From Scyliorhinus canicula (Eukaryota): 64,000 bases of DNA. Position 1 is the stretch's first letter. The number at the start of each line of letters is the position of its first letter. Positions 12,400-24,998 of this stretch are shown here, in pieces. A model generated the notes under the pieces. The model was not told the origin of the DNA. It was given only the letters and a program-made list of their open reading frames with translations, and did no database searches. The position numbers and the translations under genes were made by a program. The DNA lies in assembly GCF_902713615.1 (NCBI RefSeq), contig NC_052176.1:11546243-11610242 (forward strand). Reading direction: 5' to 3'.

Positions 12400-15300
12400 A
12401 GACATATCATCAGATTGTCAGATAGAGAATCAATTCCATAATCACAAAATGTAAAAAAATGATAGCGCCAGACAGATACGTGAGAAATTTCACTCAAAAC
12501 ATCTGAAGGAACTAGAATTTGCAACACAAATTCAATGGTTGTCTTCCTATCAGACACAGTCTCATAAAGAATGATGTCTACGGCCATATTCCAGCAAATG
12601 GCAGATACAGACAGGTAATTAGTGGATGATGGACTAGTCCAAACGGGGTTATGGGGATAGGGTGGAAGTGAAGGCTTAAAGTGGTTCGGTGCTGACTTGA
12701 TGGGCCGAAGGGCCTCCTTCTGCCCTGTATGTTCTATGTTCTAAAAGTCACACACTGAAGCAGAGAATGATGAATACTGAACAAATCCCTGAACTTTCAG
12801 AGATGGACAGTTACAGGTTTACATACAGACTCACATACTGACCCAGTGGTGACAATTACCAAGTAACCACATTTCACATACAGACCAGTTACCACTTGGT
12901 ATATTTGTTGCTTAAACATGAGCATTGTCAAAAACACAGCAATTTTCTCCCTTCCTAATTGCTGTGTTTAAGGTGGCTGTGGATTGCGTTCTTTCAGCTT
13001 ATTGCCTGTCTGCCAAAGCTACACCCAGAGTGCAAGGGACCAAGAACATGCCAACCTATAATTCATATGCACAAAAACTTCAAACCCACAGCTTCTTCCC
13101 AATATCAGTTTGCTTCATTGTAAAAGTGAATTTCACAGGTCAGGCACAGACAGGGTAAAAAACAAAAAACATTCACAAATCATATGTAGATACTGAGCGA
13201 TCACAACATCCACATTCCATGCCTGGAAGATTAAGAGTAAAATCCACATCTAATTAGCAGAATAAAGAACAGGTATGAATTAAATCTCCATTGTGTTGCA
13301 GTAACTGATACAGCATAGGACCAATGTTCTCACATTGGGAACAGAGAAGGGGAGAGTAAATCACACTGTTGCATAAAGGAAAATGGCAGATAGATGAAAA
13401 TCACGCATTTTCACAAGTAGGCTTCAATGAAGTTACTGTGAAAAGCCCCTAGTCGCCCCATTCCGGCCCCTGTTCGGGGAGGCTGGTCCGGGAAGTGAAC
13501 CGTGCTGCTGGCCTGCCTTAGTCTGCTTTAAAAGCCAGCGATTTAGCCCAGTGTGCTAAACCAGCCCCTGATGCAGATACAGACTGAACCCACATTCACT
13601 TCCCGAATTTAAAAGGTACAGGAGAAAAACAATATTTCATCCATAGCAGAACTAACTTGTGGAGAGAAAAAAGCCAATTACGCAGCTATAACTGAAAGGT
13701 ACAGATGAAAATACTGATTCAGAACCTGGAAACTGTCAGCTACATATAAAATGAGCAAAACAAACCCATATGAGACTGTAATGGGTTTGCACTGATCCCA
13801 TTCACTTGAAAATTACAGACAATGTGTAAGGTGTTTCCTTCCACATTGGAAATTACAGGTAAACCCAAATTCACACATCAGAAATTGGCAAATCCAAAAC
13901 TATCATTCACTACAGCCAGAAATGACAGGAATATAATAAAATACAGTCACCATAAAAAGGCACACAAAATAAAATCCAGCAGAAACTAAATTCGAGATGA
14001 AAATCTATCATCACAGTTTAGAAAGTGACTTGCACAATAATGTCCAAATTTTCCAAAGAATCTGATATTAAGGTGTGCAGCTTTGGTGGGTTTGCTAAGA
14101 TCGCGAGGGTGAGCATTACTTGGTAGGGTAGTGTTTCCAAGGGTCAGTGCAGACTCGATGGGCTGAATGGCTTCCTTCTGTACTGTAAGAATTCTATCAA
14201 TTCCCCTTGCTCAGCTCAAATGCATAGAATAGACATGAAGCTGACATCGCATACCTGAAAATGGGAGGTGCAGATCAAAACCCACATCTGTTTATAAAAA
14301 CACACTTGCAATTAATTTAAAACATGGCAATTACTTTTCAGAAACCAACAGACACTGACCATTTATTCATATATTTGTGACAGAAAAGCGCACAATTATT
14401 CACTTTTCTCACATCAGAATGGATAGGAGTAGAGAAAAGTAAATCTGAATGAACCAGGAATTTTAAAAGATGGAATAGTTTACTTTAATTTTTGTCAGAA
14501 ACTGAACTGAGTTGATAAAACAAAATAAGCTACTGAGCTATGAGAGATTGAGGTGAACATCCTAACACAGAGCAACACTGAAAACGGTGATAGATGCACG
14601 ATACAACACAATGTTACAATTCACTGCAACATACAGAGTGAAAACAATACTCACATGGCAGCGATGCACATCCTCAGTACAAAGCTATACAGATATATCA
14701 CATATTGACAGCTTTATGAATATAAATGTGCTTCCATTCATCTATCTAAAGAGATAGAGATGAATATCTACCTTTTCTAGAAACTTAAGGTTGCAGGACA
14801 AACCCAGAATCTATGTATCAGAAACTCTGGGAGACAGTAAAATAGACAGTAACATACGCAAGACTTGGTTGACTTATAGAAACTTTGGCCTATTATAATT
14901 GTAGTCAGAAGTTACTAAAATGAACTTTCTCAAAAGATATAGGTATCAGAGAGGACGTTGATGTGAAAATCCTACATTCCTACAGTACCATCTGTGACAG
15001 ATCTTGAAGGAAAACAGTCTTTATATCCCATATCGGAGACTGATACATACAGGATAAATCTGGCACAGAGATATTTGGCAAAGAATGAAGACTGCTGATG
15101 AAATGTCAAACTCACACTCACTTTCCGTGGCATCCTCGCTGTTGTTAGTGTATCGGACCACACCCCAACTTTTGTTAGGACACCGGATGAGAAACTGCAA
15201 ACATTTTTTTCAATTTGTAAAACTGTGAGGAAAGGAAACTTCACCCCAAGAGTGATGACACTGACCAATATAATAAAACAAACTTTAATTTAAACACAGA

Positions 15301-15940
15301 ATTAAGCACGTTAACATCAAAAAATTAGCTTTCCAATTAACAGTGAATCCGATACTCTCAAACAATTTCAGACTGTCAGGTAAAGAATCAATTACATATT
15401 CACAAAAAGAAAAAAAAATGATATTGACAGTTATGTGATAAATTTCACTCAAGTACATCTGAGGGAGCAAGAATTTGCAGGATGAGTCCCATGGTTGCAT
15501 TGCTATCAGAGACAGTCACACAAAGAATCATACCCATACCGATATTCCAGCAAATGACAGATACAGACAGGAAAGTACGGGATTATAGATTGGTCCAAAA
15601 CTCACATTCTGAAGCAGAGAATGGTGATGCGAAACAAATCCCAGAACAATTCACTTGCGGTGAATGACAGATGCAGAATGACTTGGATACTGACATAGTG
15701 GCCCAGTGATGAACAGATTTGGATAAGTATATTTCACATGCAGACTAATATTGGTTTTGGTATATTTGTCGTTTAAACGTGAGCATTATCAAAAACAATT
15801 TTGTACCTTCCTAATTGCTGTCTTTAAGGTGGCTGTGTACTGCCTTTTTTCAACCTTGTAGACTGTCTGCCGAAGCTGCATCGAAAAAACAACAAAGAAC
15901 ACACCAACAATAAACATGCAAACACACAAAAGCCACACAG
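12400..15940 (+). repeat. A-rich segmental duplication block, paralogous to 33550-36700
   Basis: 14236-15940 matches 33853-35700; 13160-13990 matches 35720-36700; 12400-13090 matches 15380-15940. Confidence 0.8.
13396..13568 (-). mobile_element. Second tRNA-derived SINE family (other copies ~4476-4540, 10530-10590, 28364-28553, 38710-38778, 54297-54480, 55983-56157)
   Basis: Shared core gtaggcttcaatgaagttactgtgaaaagcccctagtcgcc; head GGGGCTGGTTTAGCACACTGGGCTAAA with a B-box-like GGTTC. Confidence 0.8.
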
Positions 15941-16686
15941 AAAATCAATTTACTCCGCACAGACAGTGACCCAAGCCGGAATCGTACCTGGGACTTTTGA
16001 GCTGGCAAGCAATTGTGCTGACCGCAATGCTACCGTGCTGCCAGATTTATGTACAGGTTTACTGTAAATAATCGTTCAGTTAATAGTTAATGAGGAAAAA
16101 CACAATTTCAATACTGGCACGAGCACCAAACTGCTCACTCTTTTAACACTGAGGAAGCGGCTGCAGTCTACAATGTGAATAAATGTTATTATGTTTGCAG
16201 TTGGCTGTAAATTAGACATTCTGCCGGCAACTGAGACCGTTTTAACCAGCAGCCAGATTAAAGACGATTGGACACCAGATTATAAAAATCTGTGGAGACA
16301 GTTTCGGATCTAAATCCACCTGCTACAGATCCGAAATGTTTCTCTCCACAGATGCTCCCAGACATGCTGAGTTTATCCAGCATTTTCTCTTCAATTCACA
16401 TTTACAGCATCCGCATTATTTTGCTTTAATTTATTTTGGGGTTGTTGTCAGTTACAGAGAGAAACCGAAATCCGAAACTGACAGATAAAGGGAATCTGTA
16501 GACTCGGTGAAGAGAGAGAATCCAACAATCCTATACTCAAAACTCAATGATTTATTTTTTACGGTCCCGATTCAATTTTATCTGTTATATCTTTTCGCGC
16601 CCATTTAAGCGTTGAAATAAATATTCGGTTGGAATCTGAACATTTGGCGCCCAAACTTTCCGCCCTCAGCACCGTGGGTTCTCCTG

Positions 16687-16797
16687 ATTGGTGCTTCAAA
16701 CAGATATCTGATTGGTCACTTTGTAGCCGGCTCCACAATGTTGTTGAGATAACCAATCAGCAATGTGTGCACCGCCATTCCTCCTGAAGCTATAAGA
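16687..16797 (+). promoter_or_regulatory. H2A promoter: ATTGG 16687 and 16711, CCAAT 16753, TATAAG 16791
   Basis: Motifs lie directly upstream of the ATG at 16856. Confidence 0.8.
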
Positions 16798-16804
16798 GAA
16801 GTGA

Positions 16805-17242
<438 letters not shown>

Positions 17243-17272
17243 AGCGACCATTCTTTAATCTAATAACCCAAA

Positions 17273-17288
17273 GGCTCTTTTCAGAGCC
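17273..17288 (+). terminator. Histone 3' stem-loop (H2A) with purine-rich HDE near 17301
   Basis: GGCTCTTTTCAGAGCC. Confidence 0.95.
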
Positions 17289-17762
17289 GCTCACTTTATC
17301 TGAAAAAGGCCGAACCATTATCTGACCGTCAGAGATTCTGCTCTGTTGCTTAATGTGCAAATGTTTCACGCTTTAATTACACAATCCGCAGCGCATTCTG
17401 TGCGCGACATTATTTATGACACATGTGAATTGACGGTGTTTGTTGGGAATAAAAGTCTCTGAACTGAAATTGGGTTACTGTGTGACGCACTTCATACTCG
17501 GAGCCTCGAATTAACATCAAACCCTGGCTCACGATGTGCAGGAAGGTTTTTATGGAAGCAGTTTATTGGGGCAAGAAATCTTGGGAAACTGAAATTATTG
17601 TAGCTCCAATAAAAATGCTTTGATATTACATACTGAGCGGCAAAATTGACAACAGCATATTATATAAACGATGAATTTCCCTGGAGACGAGAAACTTCAT
17701 TATAATGTGAATGTAAATGTAACCGTAATGTAACCGGAAGCTCTTTTCCTGAAAGACTTGGT

Positions 17763-17778
17763 GGCTCTTAAAAGAGCC
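17763..17778 (-). terminator. Histone 3' stem-loop (H3 copy 1)
   Basis: Reverse complement GGCTCTTTTAAGAGCC; HDE GAAAAGAGCTT near 17738-17748. Confidence 0.95.
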
Positions 17779-17810
17779 TTTGTTGTTGTTATTATTGGTG
17801 AAGCCGGGTT

Positions 17811-18278
<468 letters not shown>

Positions 18279-18847
18279 CTATTTAAGGCATTATAGTGAC
18301 CGCCCTCTTCTCCTCATTGGATGCAGCCCGATCCCGTGGACAAGTTTGAAAAGAGCGATGGGCGGCAAGGATATCAGGGCCCTGATTGGTGGACCTGCAA
18401 CTGACAAACCATCAATTTCAAACAACCCGCCAATTTCACAGGGACAGGGAACGGATATTTGAGACCATCGAAAAAAAATCAATCTCGAATTGTGAATATC
18501 AAAAACATCTCAATGATTCCTGCTCCCATTTTTGTCCCGGATTCGACTCACCCGAGGTTAGATGAATAAAACCGAGCAGGCACAGAATTCCCGCTCTCAT
18601 TACAATGTCCGTGTTCACTATGTGCGGTTACAGGGCTGACTGCGGAGAAAGGTTGTTTCAGACTGTACAGCAAATCTATGTGGCCTTCTAATGAGAAAAC
18701 AAATGAATGATAGGAAAGGATTTCCTGCTATAACGCCACCCGTCTTAACAGGAAATCGAGGTTTCCAGGGTCTGACTCGCTAAACCAGCTCCATGGGTTA
18801 TTCTGCTGCAATTCTAAGGTCAGTGCTCTCAATGTGAGGGTTTGGGC

Positions 18848-18863
18848 GGCTCTTAAAAGAGCC
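18848..18863 (-). terminator. Histone 3' stem-loop (H4 copy 1)
   Basis: Reverse complement GGCTCTTTTAAGAGCC. Confidence 0.95.
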
Positions 18864-18897
18864 TTTGGGTTTTGTTATAATAGTCAAATGGAGTTTC

Positions 18898-19218
<321 letters not shown>

Positions 19219-19900
19219 TCAGTCAAATCGCTGCTGAATGAGAGACGAGCTGCTGCACTTTCCTTTATTATACAGCCCGCCCCGACCTGACTGAGAAAGA
19301 GAGAGAGGCGGGGAGCAGACTGAGTGACAGACAGAGCAGTGAAATGTCTTTGACCATCCAGCTCCGCCTCCTGCCTGCTCCAACCCACATTTTATATTCC
19401 AAACAGAAGTGAAAAGAGCGCGCTGAACACGGACAAACTGCAACATCATATAGCAGCTAGTTAGAAACGCGGATCTATTAAATCCAGGCATGTCAGTAAT
19501 AATCCGGCCTCAGTCCACTCCTTTCTAGAACCAGCCCAACTATCTGCTCCCATTTCAACCCCAGCTCCGATTCCATCCCCACACAACTCGGGTCGGGAAT
19601 TTTACTAACATCCCTTCCAGCTGATATAAAGTGTTTGAGTTGAGGTGGGATTTCTCCGCCATGTTAACTATTTTACACACTCTTCCCATGAATGTGTCAC
19701 TGTTCCCCGGACACATCCCGGTTAGGAAGAAGCAGCAACTTCCCTGTGTTTTAGTGCAGAGTGGGGGGAGAAGCCCGGTGCAGAGCATGTCAGCGAGTGA
19801 GCGGCAATACTGGATTGACATTTCTATCTGAAATCTGCTCCCAGCACCGGGACAGGGATTCATTGGTCGGGGGATCAGCTCTTTCCGGAGAGATGTGGGT

Positions 19901-19916
19901 GGCTCTGAGAAGAGCC
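19901..19916 (-). terminator. Histone 3' stem-loop (H1 copy 1)
   Basis: Reverse complement GGCTCTTCTCAGAGCC-ACCCA; HDE GGAAAGAGCTG near 19876-19886. Confidence 0.95.
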
Positions 19917-19952
19917 TTTGGGTTCAGAGGTTTACAATTTGCTCGCGTTCTT

Positions 19953-20639
19953 TCACTTCTTTGCTGGTTTCTTAGCCTTTACTGATTTCACTTTGGGATT
20001 GACCCTCGATTGGGTCTGCTTTATTCCGCCCGTGGTCTTTTTCACAGAACTTTTCTTCGGGGCTGCTTTCTTCGCGCTCTTTTTGGGAGCTGCCGCCTTC
20101 TTGGCTGCTGCTTTCTTGGGAGATTTCTTGGCTGCGGGTTTCTTGGGAGATTTCTTGGTTGCGGGTTTCTTGGGAGATTTCTTGGCTGCGGGTTTCTTGA
20201 GAGTTTTCTTGGCTGCGGGTTTCTTGGGTGCTGCTTTCTTGGGAGATTTCTTGGCTGCTGCTTTCTTCACTAAAGGTTTCTTGCCTGCTCCGGTCTTTAT
20301 CACTTTTCCCCCGGTTGTCTTCTTAACGATCTTGAAGGAGCCGGAGGCGCCCGTGCCCTTGACCTGAGCCAAGCTGCCGTTGTCCACACTCCTCTTGACA
20401 CTTTGCTTAATCTGGGACCCCCGTTTATCCACATCGACCCCTTTGCTCCACAGCTGCTTCTTTATGGCCTGGAAGGAAACCCCCTTGCGATCGCCGCTAT
20501 CCGCCACAATCTTGTGGATCAGCTCGGCCAGCCCGGGACCTTCTCGTTTCTTCCGGGGAACCACCTTCTTCTGCTTCTTGACAGCCTTGACTGGGGCGGC
20601 GGCTGGAGGAGCCGTTTCGGCGGCTGCACTTTCGCTCAT
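19953..20639 (-). CDS. H1: Linker histone H1, divergent globular domain, 228 aa
   Basis: MSESAAAETAPPAAAP N-terminus, KGTGASGSFK motif, K/A/P-rich tail with SPKK repeats; ATG at 20639. Confidence 0.95.
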   Translation of the reverse strand: MSESAAAETAPPAAAPVKAVKKQKKVVPRKKREGPGLAELIHKIVADSGDRKGVSFQAIKKQLWSKGVDVDKRGSQIKQSVKRSVDNGSLAQVKGTGASGSFKIVKKTTGGKVIKTGAGKKPLVKKAAAKKSPKKAAPKKPAAKKTLKKPAAKKSPKKPATKKSPKKPAAKKSPKKAAAKKAAAPKKSAKKAAPKKSSVKKTTGGIKQTQSRVNPKVKSVKAKKPAKK

Positions 20640-20714
20640 GTCCGGGACTCGGCACAAATTCTCTCCGTCAATGTGAAGTGGCTGAGAAATGAAGCCTCTG
20701 GTGGCGGCACTGAG

Positions 20715-20795
20715 CAACTTAAAGGCAGCGAGCGGACGGGGCGGAGACAACCTGCTCTCAGCTCCAGGCTGCTGCTGCTGCGTCTGTGTTTTTCT
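20715..20795 (-). promoter_or_regulatory. H1 promoter: H1 box AAACACA (20785-20791), GC box, TTTAAG TATA-like element
   Basis: Motifs read directly; duplicated at 63006-63086. Confidence 0.75.
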
Positions 20796-21949
20796 CTGGT
20801 CATAAACTCTCCAATTCCACTCAAATTCCAGCTCCACAGTGTCCCAGGATAAATCCTTCCTGTCTCTCACACTCTAATGTTTGCTGTAGGAAAGGTTTCC
20901 CGCGATTTGAAGGCTCCATTTCGGATTTAAACCCGTTTTACTGATGCACTGTTCGCCCTCTCTCACCCGATCGCTCTCATTTTCCCAACCTTTCCGCAGA
21001 AATCTGGAAAGCAGCATCTAAACCGCCCTGAAATCCAACTTGGGAAAGTAGGAGGGGATCAGGGGGATTGATTGAATGAACAATATTTCCATTTTGTCCC
21101 AGAGGGATTGGGAGATCTGCTGATCAGAGCGGACACACAAACACAGTTGGTTTCTCCTGTTTGGCCCGCCCCTTTCACTCTCTCTTCCACAATATTCACA
21201 TCCACACACAAGGTTTGGAAATTACATTTCCCAGGGCAGAATTCTCCCTCTTCTCAACATTTGTTTCCAAATCGGTGCCTTAATTGTAGATTTTCATCTC
21301 ACTTACTGATCAACTGAGTTTTCTGCTCCCTATCTTCTGTTTCCCTAAATACCCGGCAGCAGCAAGTCATATTTTTAAATCTAAACTCATTGATGACACG
21401 CTTTACTTGAATGTGGAAATACAATTGATCTCCTCTCCAACAGTGGAGATTTTCCTGATTGATGTCATCCTCCTGCACTGCCGGTAACACTGAACCCCAA
21501 ACTCAACAAGCAGGGACAGACAGTTAAAGAATAGTCCCACCCCCTCTGAGAGTGGAGATTTTCACAGTGACACACAGATTCTGACCATTCTGATCCGAAC
21601 AGCAAATTTAAAAAATAAAGATGGACTCAAAGAGGGAACGTGTAAACCAGGAGAACGTGTAAACTAGTGGGGAGTGTAAACCAGGGACAATAATAAATGA
21701 GGGGAGTGTGTTAACCAGAGAAATGTGTAAAATCAGTGGAAGATGCATAATCGAAGACATTCTCCCCGTGTGTGGGTTCCCCCGGGTGCTCAGACTTCCT
21801 CCCACAGGCCAAGCATAGAACAGAGAACAGTACACCACAGAACAAGCCCTTCGGCCCTCGATGTTGTGCCGAACAATGATCACCCTACTCAACCCCACGT
21901 ATAAACCCGTAACCCAACTCCTTCTGCCCTGCAGTAATTCTCGAGTTCT

Positions 21950-22980
21950 ATGGAAAATGAAGTCAGTCGGTGAATTGTTAGTTTGCAGAAAGTATGAGTT
22001 TGAGGGGCTGAATGGCAGTGTAATAACAAACAAGCTGCAGGCAATGGCTGCAAATTGAATATCTCATTGGGACAAACACACAGCTACAAAGGTGATTGGT
22101 TGAGCCCTGGGGCGCAGAGCCACTTGCACCCACACACACACAGTCCCCCCAACACGGGCTCTATCGGAGGTTTTGCTCCAAATGTGATGACAGTGAAATG
22201 GGGAATATTCCCATTGATTCTCAATGCGGAATTGCTGCGCAGATCTGCGCATGCCCGGGGTAGCCCCGCCCCCTGCCTGTCGTCACTGAGATTACGCGCG
22301 CATGCGCAGCCCCGCCCTCACACACACTCCATTTGCTCAGTGAGTGGAGACGCTTTGTTCAAACTGAGTGAAATGTCAGGGCCCAGGTCAGCGAGGAAAC
22401 AGCGTTCTCATTGCAGCAGCTCATCCATTTGGGAGTGTGAGCAAAGAGGCTCAGAGATCATTACTGACTCGGGGGGAGTTCAGGGAGAATCGGGGGCTGT
22501 TTGCAAGAGGCGCAGCGGGAGCCCCATCTTGTTCCGGGACTTGGAGTGAGCGGGGGGAAGGGAGAGCTCTTTCTGGGCCTGGCTTATTGTCTGATTCTGG
22601 GGCAGGATTTGGACAGTATTTTCTATTTTTACTAATTATCAGTTGAAAGAATTGTTTAATTTATCATTGGCCTCATCTGACCCTGATTTACAAGAATTTT
22701 TTTTTTCTTCCCAACGTTCATCAGATGAAGAGATGAGTTCCAAGATGATGATACCTCAGCAACATGAATGTGCAGCCGTCTCCTTCTAACTGACAGTAAG
22801 TACAATATTAATCCAACATTGCAGAGACACAGACACAACATCAGCTCCACCGTCACAGAGAACAGAAGCAGCCACACTTACATTGAGCTCAAGTCCCAGA
22901 TAAACATGTCCTATCCAACAGTGACACACAAGAGGGCAGGTGGGATAACTTTCCACAATTCACCCCTAGTCCATGAACTT
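21950..22980 (+). promoter_or_regulatory. Promoter-like module copy 2 (uninterrupted) with putative non-coding exons
   Basis: ATTGG x2, gggaatattccc palindrome, GCGCATGCGC (NRF1), GC boxes, donor CAG|GTCAG at 22387, poly-Y/AG then exon 22725-22795 then GTAAGT. Confidence 0.55.
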
Positions 22981-23299
22981 TTTGCAGACAGTGCAGAAAG
23001 AGGCCATTTGGCCCATCGAGTCTTCACCAACCCACTTAAGCCCACACTTCCACCCTATCCCTGTAACCCAATAACCCCACCTAACCTTTTTTGCTCACTA
23101 AGGGCAATTTATCATGGCCAATCCACCTGACCTTCATGACTTTGGACTGTGGGAGGAAAGCGGAGCACCCGGAGGAAACCCACGCAAACACGGGGAGAAC
23201 GTGCAGACTCCACACAGACAGTGTCCCAGTGGGTAATCCAACCTGGGACCCTGGCGCTGTGAAGCCACAGTGCTATCCACTTGTGCTACCTTGCTGCCC
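22976..23299 (-). mobile_element. HE1-like SINE
   Basis: Head GGGCAGCAAGGTAGCACAAGTGG on the minus strand plus family core. Confidence 0.8.
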
Positions 23300-23859
23300 T
23301 ATCATGGAACGTCGAATCAACTTGTTTTGATAACAGCTTTTCATCTGTAAATTAATCAGGAAAGTATTAATTAGGCTATAGATTGAGCAATCAACGTGGA
23401 AGTATCCATTTGCACTTTTTTGAAACTTTGTTGGACTAAAATGTATCAGAAGCACTTTAATCTCACAAGTTGTGAACCTTAGGCACATGTAAAAAGTCAG
23501 ATAGTACAGCCCATTGAAAAATACATAATTAATTCTAAATTTGTACTGAGACAAGTCCAAATTAAAATATTGGGGGAATGTCCAATTCACATATCAAACA
23601 TGTCTTTCGGGACTTCTGGGAGGAAACGGGAACATGTGGAGAAACCCATGGAGACACGGGGAAAATGTGCAGACTCTGCAGATGCAGCGACCAAGTGGGA
23701 AACGAATCTTGGACCGTGGCGCTGTGAACCTCTCCCCTGATACACACAATGCCCTGTTACAAACTGTTTTTTCACACTCCCCTGGTTTGCATGCTGACTT
23801 GGTTACACACTCGCCTGCTTTGAACTCTTAACTGATGTACACACTCCCCAATTTACACA

Positions 23860-24690
23860 CACTCTTGTTGTGCATCTTTCCCTGGTTCCATACACTCCCC
23901 TGGTTGAGATAACTCCCCTAATTTACATATTCCCCTAGTTTACACATTCCCCTGCTTCATACACTCCGCTGCATTACACACACTCCCCTGCATTACACAC
24001 ACTCCCCTGCATTACACACACTCCCCTGCTTCATACACTCCCCTGCTTCATACACTCCCCTGCATTACATACACTCCCCTGCATTACATACACTCCCCTG
24101 CTTCATACACTCCCCTGCATTACACACACTCCCCTGCTTCACACACTCCCCTGCTTCACACACTCCCCTGCTTCACACACTCCCCTGCTTCACACACTCC
24201 CCTGCTTCACACAATACCCCTGCTTCACACAATACCCCTGCTTCACACAATACCCCTGCTTCACACAATACCCCTGCTTCACACAATACCCCTGCTTCAC
24301 ACAATACCCCTGCTTCACACACTCCCCTGCTTCACACACTCCCCTGCTTCACACACTCCCCTTGTTTACACAGTCCCCTTGTTTACACAGTCCCCTTGTT
24401 TACACAGTCCCCTTGTTTACACAGTCCCCTTGTTTACACAGTCCCCTTGTTTACACAGTCCCCTTGTTTACACATCCCCCTGCTGTATAAACTCCCATAC
24501 TTCATACGTCCCCCTGCTTGATACGTCCCCCTGCTTGATACATCCCCCTGCTTTACAAATCCCCCTGGTTCACACATCCCCCTGCTGTATACACTCCCAT
24601 GCCTCATACATCCTGCTGTTTAATACACCCCCCTGTTTGATACACTCCCCTGGTTTTCACATCACCCTGCTTTATGTACTCCCCTGCACC
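23860..24690. repeat. 17-18-bp satellite (acacactcccctgctt and variants)
   Basis: Homogeneous tandem core 23940-24475 with degenerate flanks. Confidence 0.9.
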
Positions 24691-24695
24691 TTGTT

Positions 24696-24828
24696 TTCGG
24701 CCTGCATGGAGCTTATACTCTCCATGATCTCTCTCAGTTCTAGCAGTGCTCCCAGGCTCCGTTTCCTGTCCTCCCACAGAACTGGCAAGTCCAGTCCATC
24801 GAGGAATAGCTTCATCCACGAGTCCCCC
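24696..24828 (-). mobile_element. L1 copy B, RT fragment left of the CR1 insertion
   Basis: Matches 2705-2830 and continues collinearly at 29590. Confidence 0.8.
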
Positions 24829-24840
24829 GAGTTTGCACTG

Positions 24841-24998
24841 AGTGCTGAATTTGGTGCATTTGAGTGCTATAGTGAGAGTTTGGTGACTGAGGGAGTGCTG
24901 AATTTGGTGCATTTGAGTGCTATAGTGAGAGTTTGGTGACTGAGGGAGTGCTGCATTTGGTGCATTTGAGTGCTATAGTGAGAGTTTGGTGACTGGGG
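24841..24998 (+). repeat. 53-bp tandem repeat x3 in the CR1 5' UTR
   Basis: agtgctgaatttggtgcatttgagtgctatagtgagagtttggtgactgaggg at 24841, 24894, 24947. Confidence 0.9.

Noticed and set aside
17447-17614. AATAAA downstream of H2A as an alternative polyA site
   Set aside because: Common hexamer in an AT-rich spacer; H2A lacks the H2AX motif and there is no other support.
20640-20870. 77-aa N-terminal extension of H1 in the ORF track (also 62931-63161; shorter ones on H2A, H3 and H2B)
   Set aside because: They use non-ATG starts and run through the 5' UTR, TATA or H1 box. Openness in both copies only reflects recent duplication.
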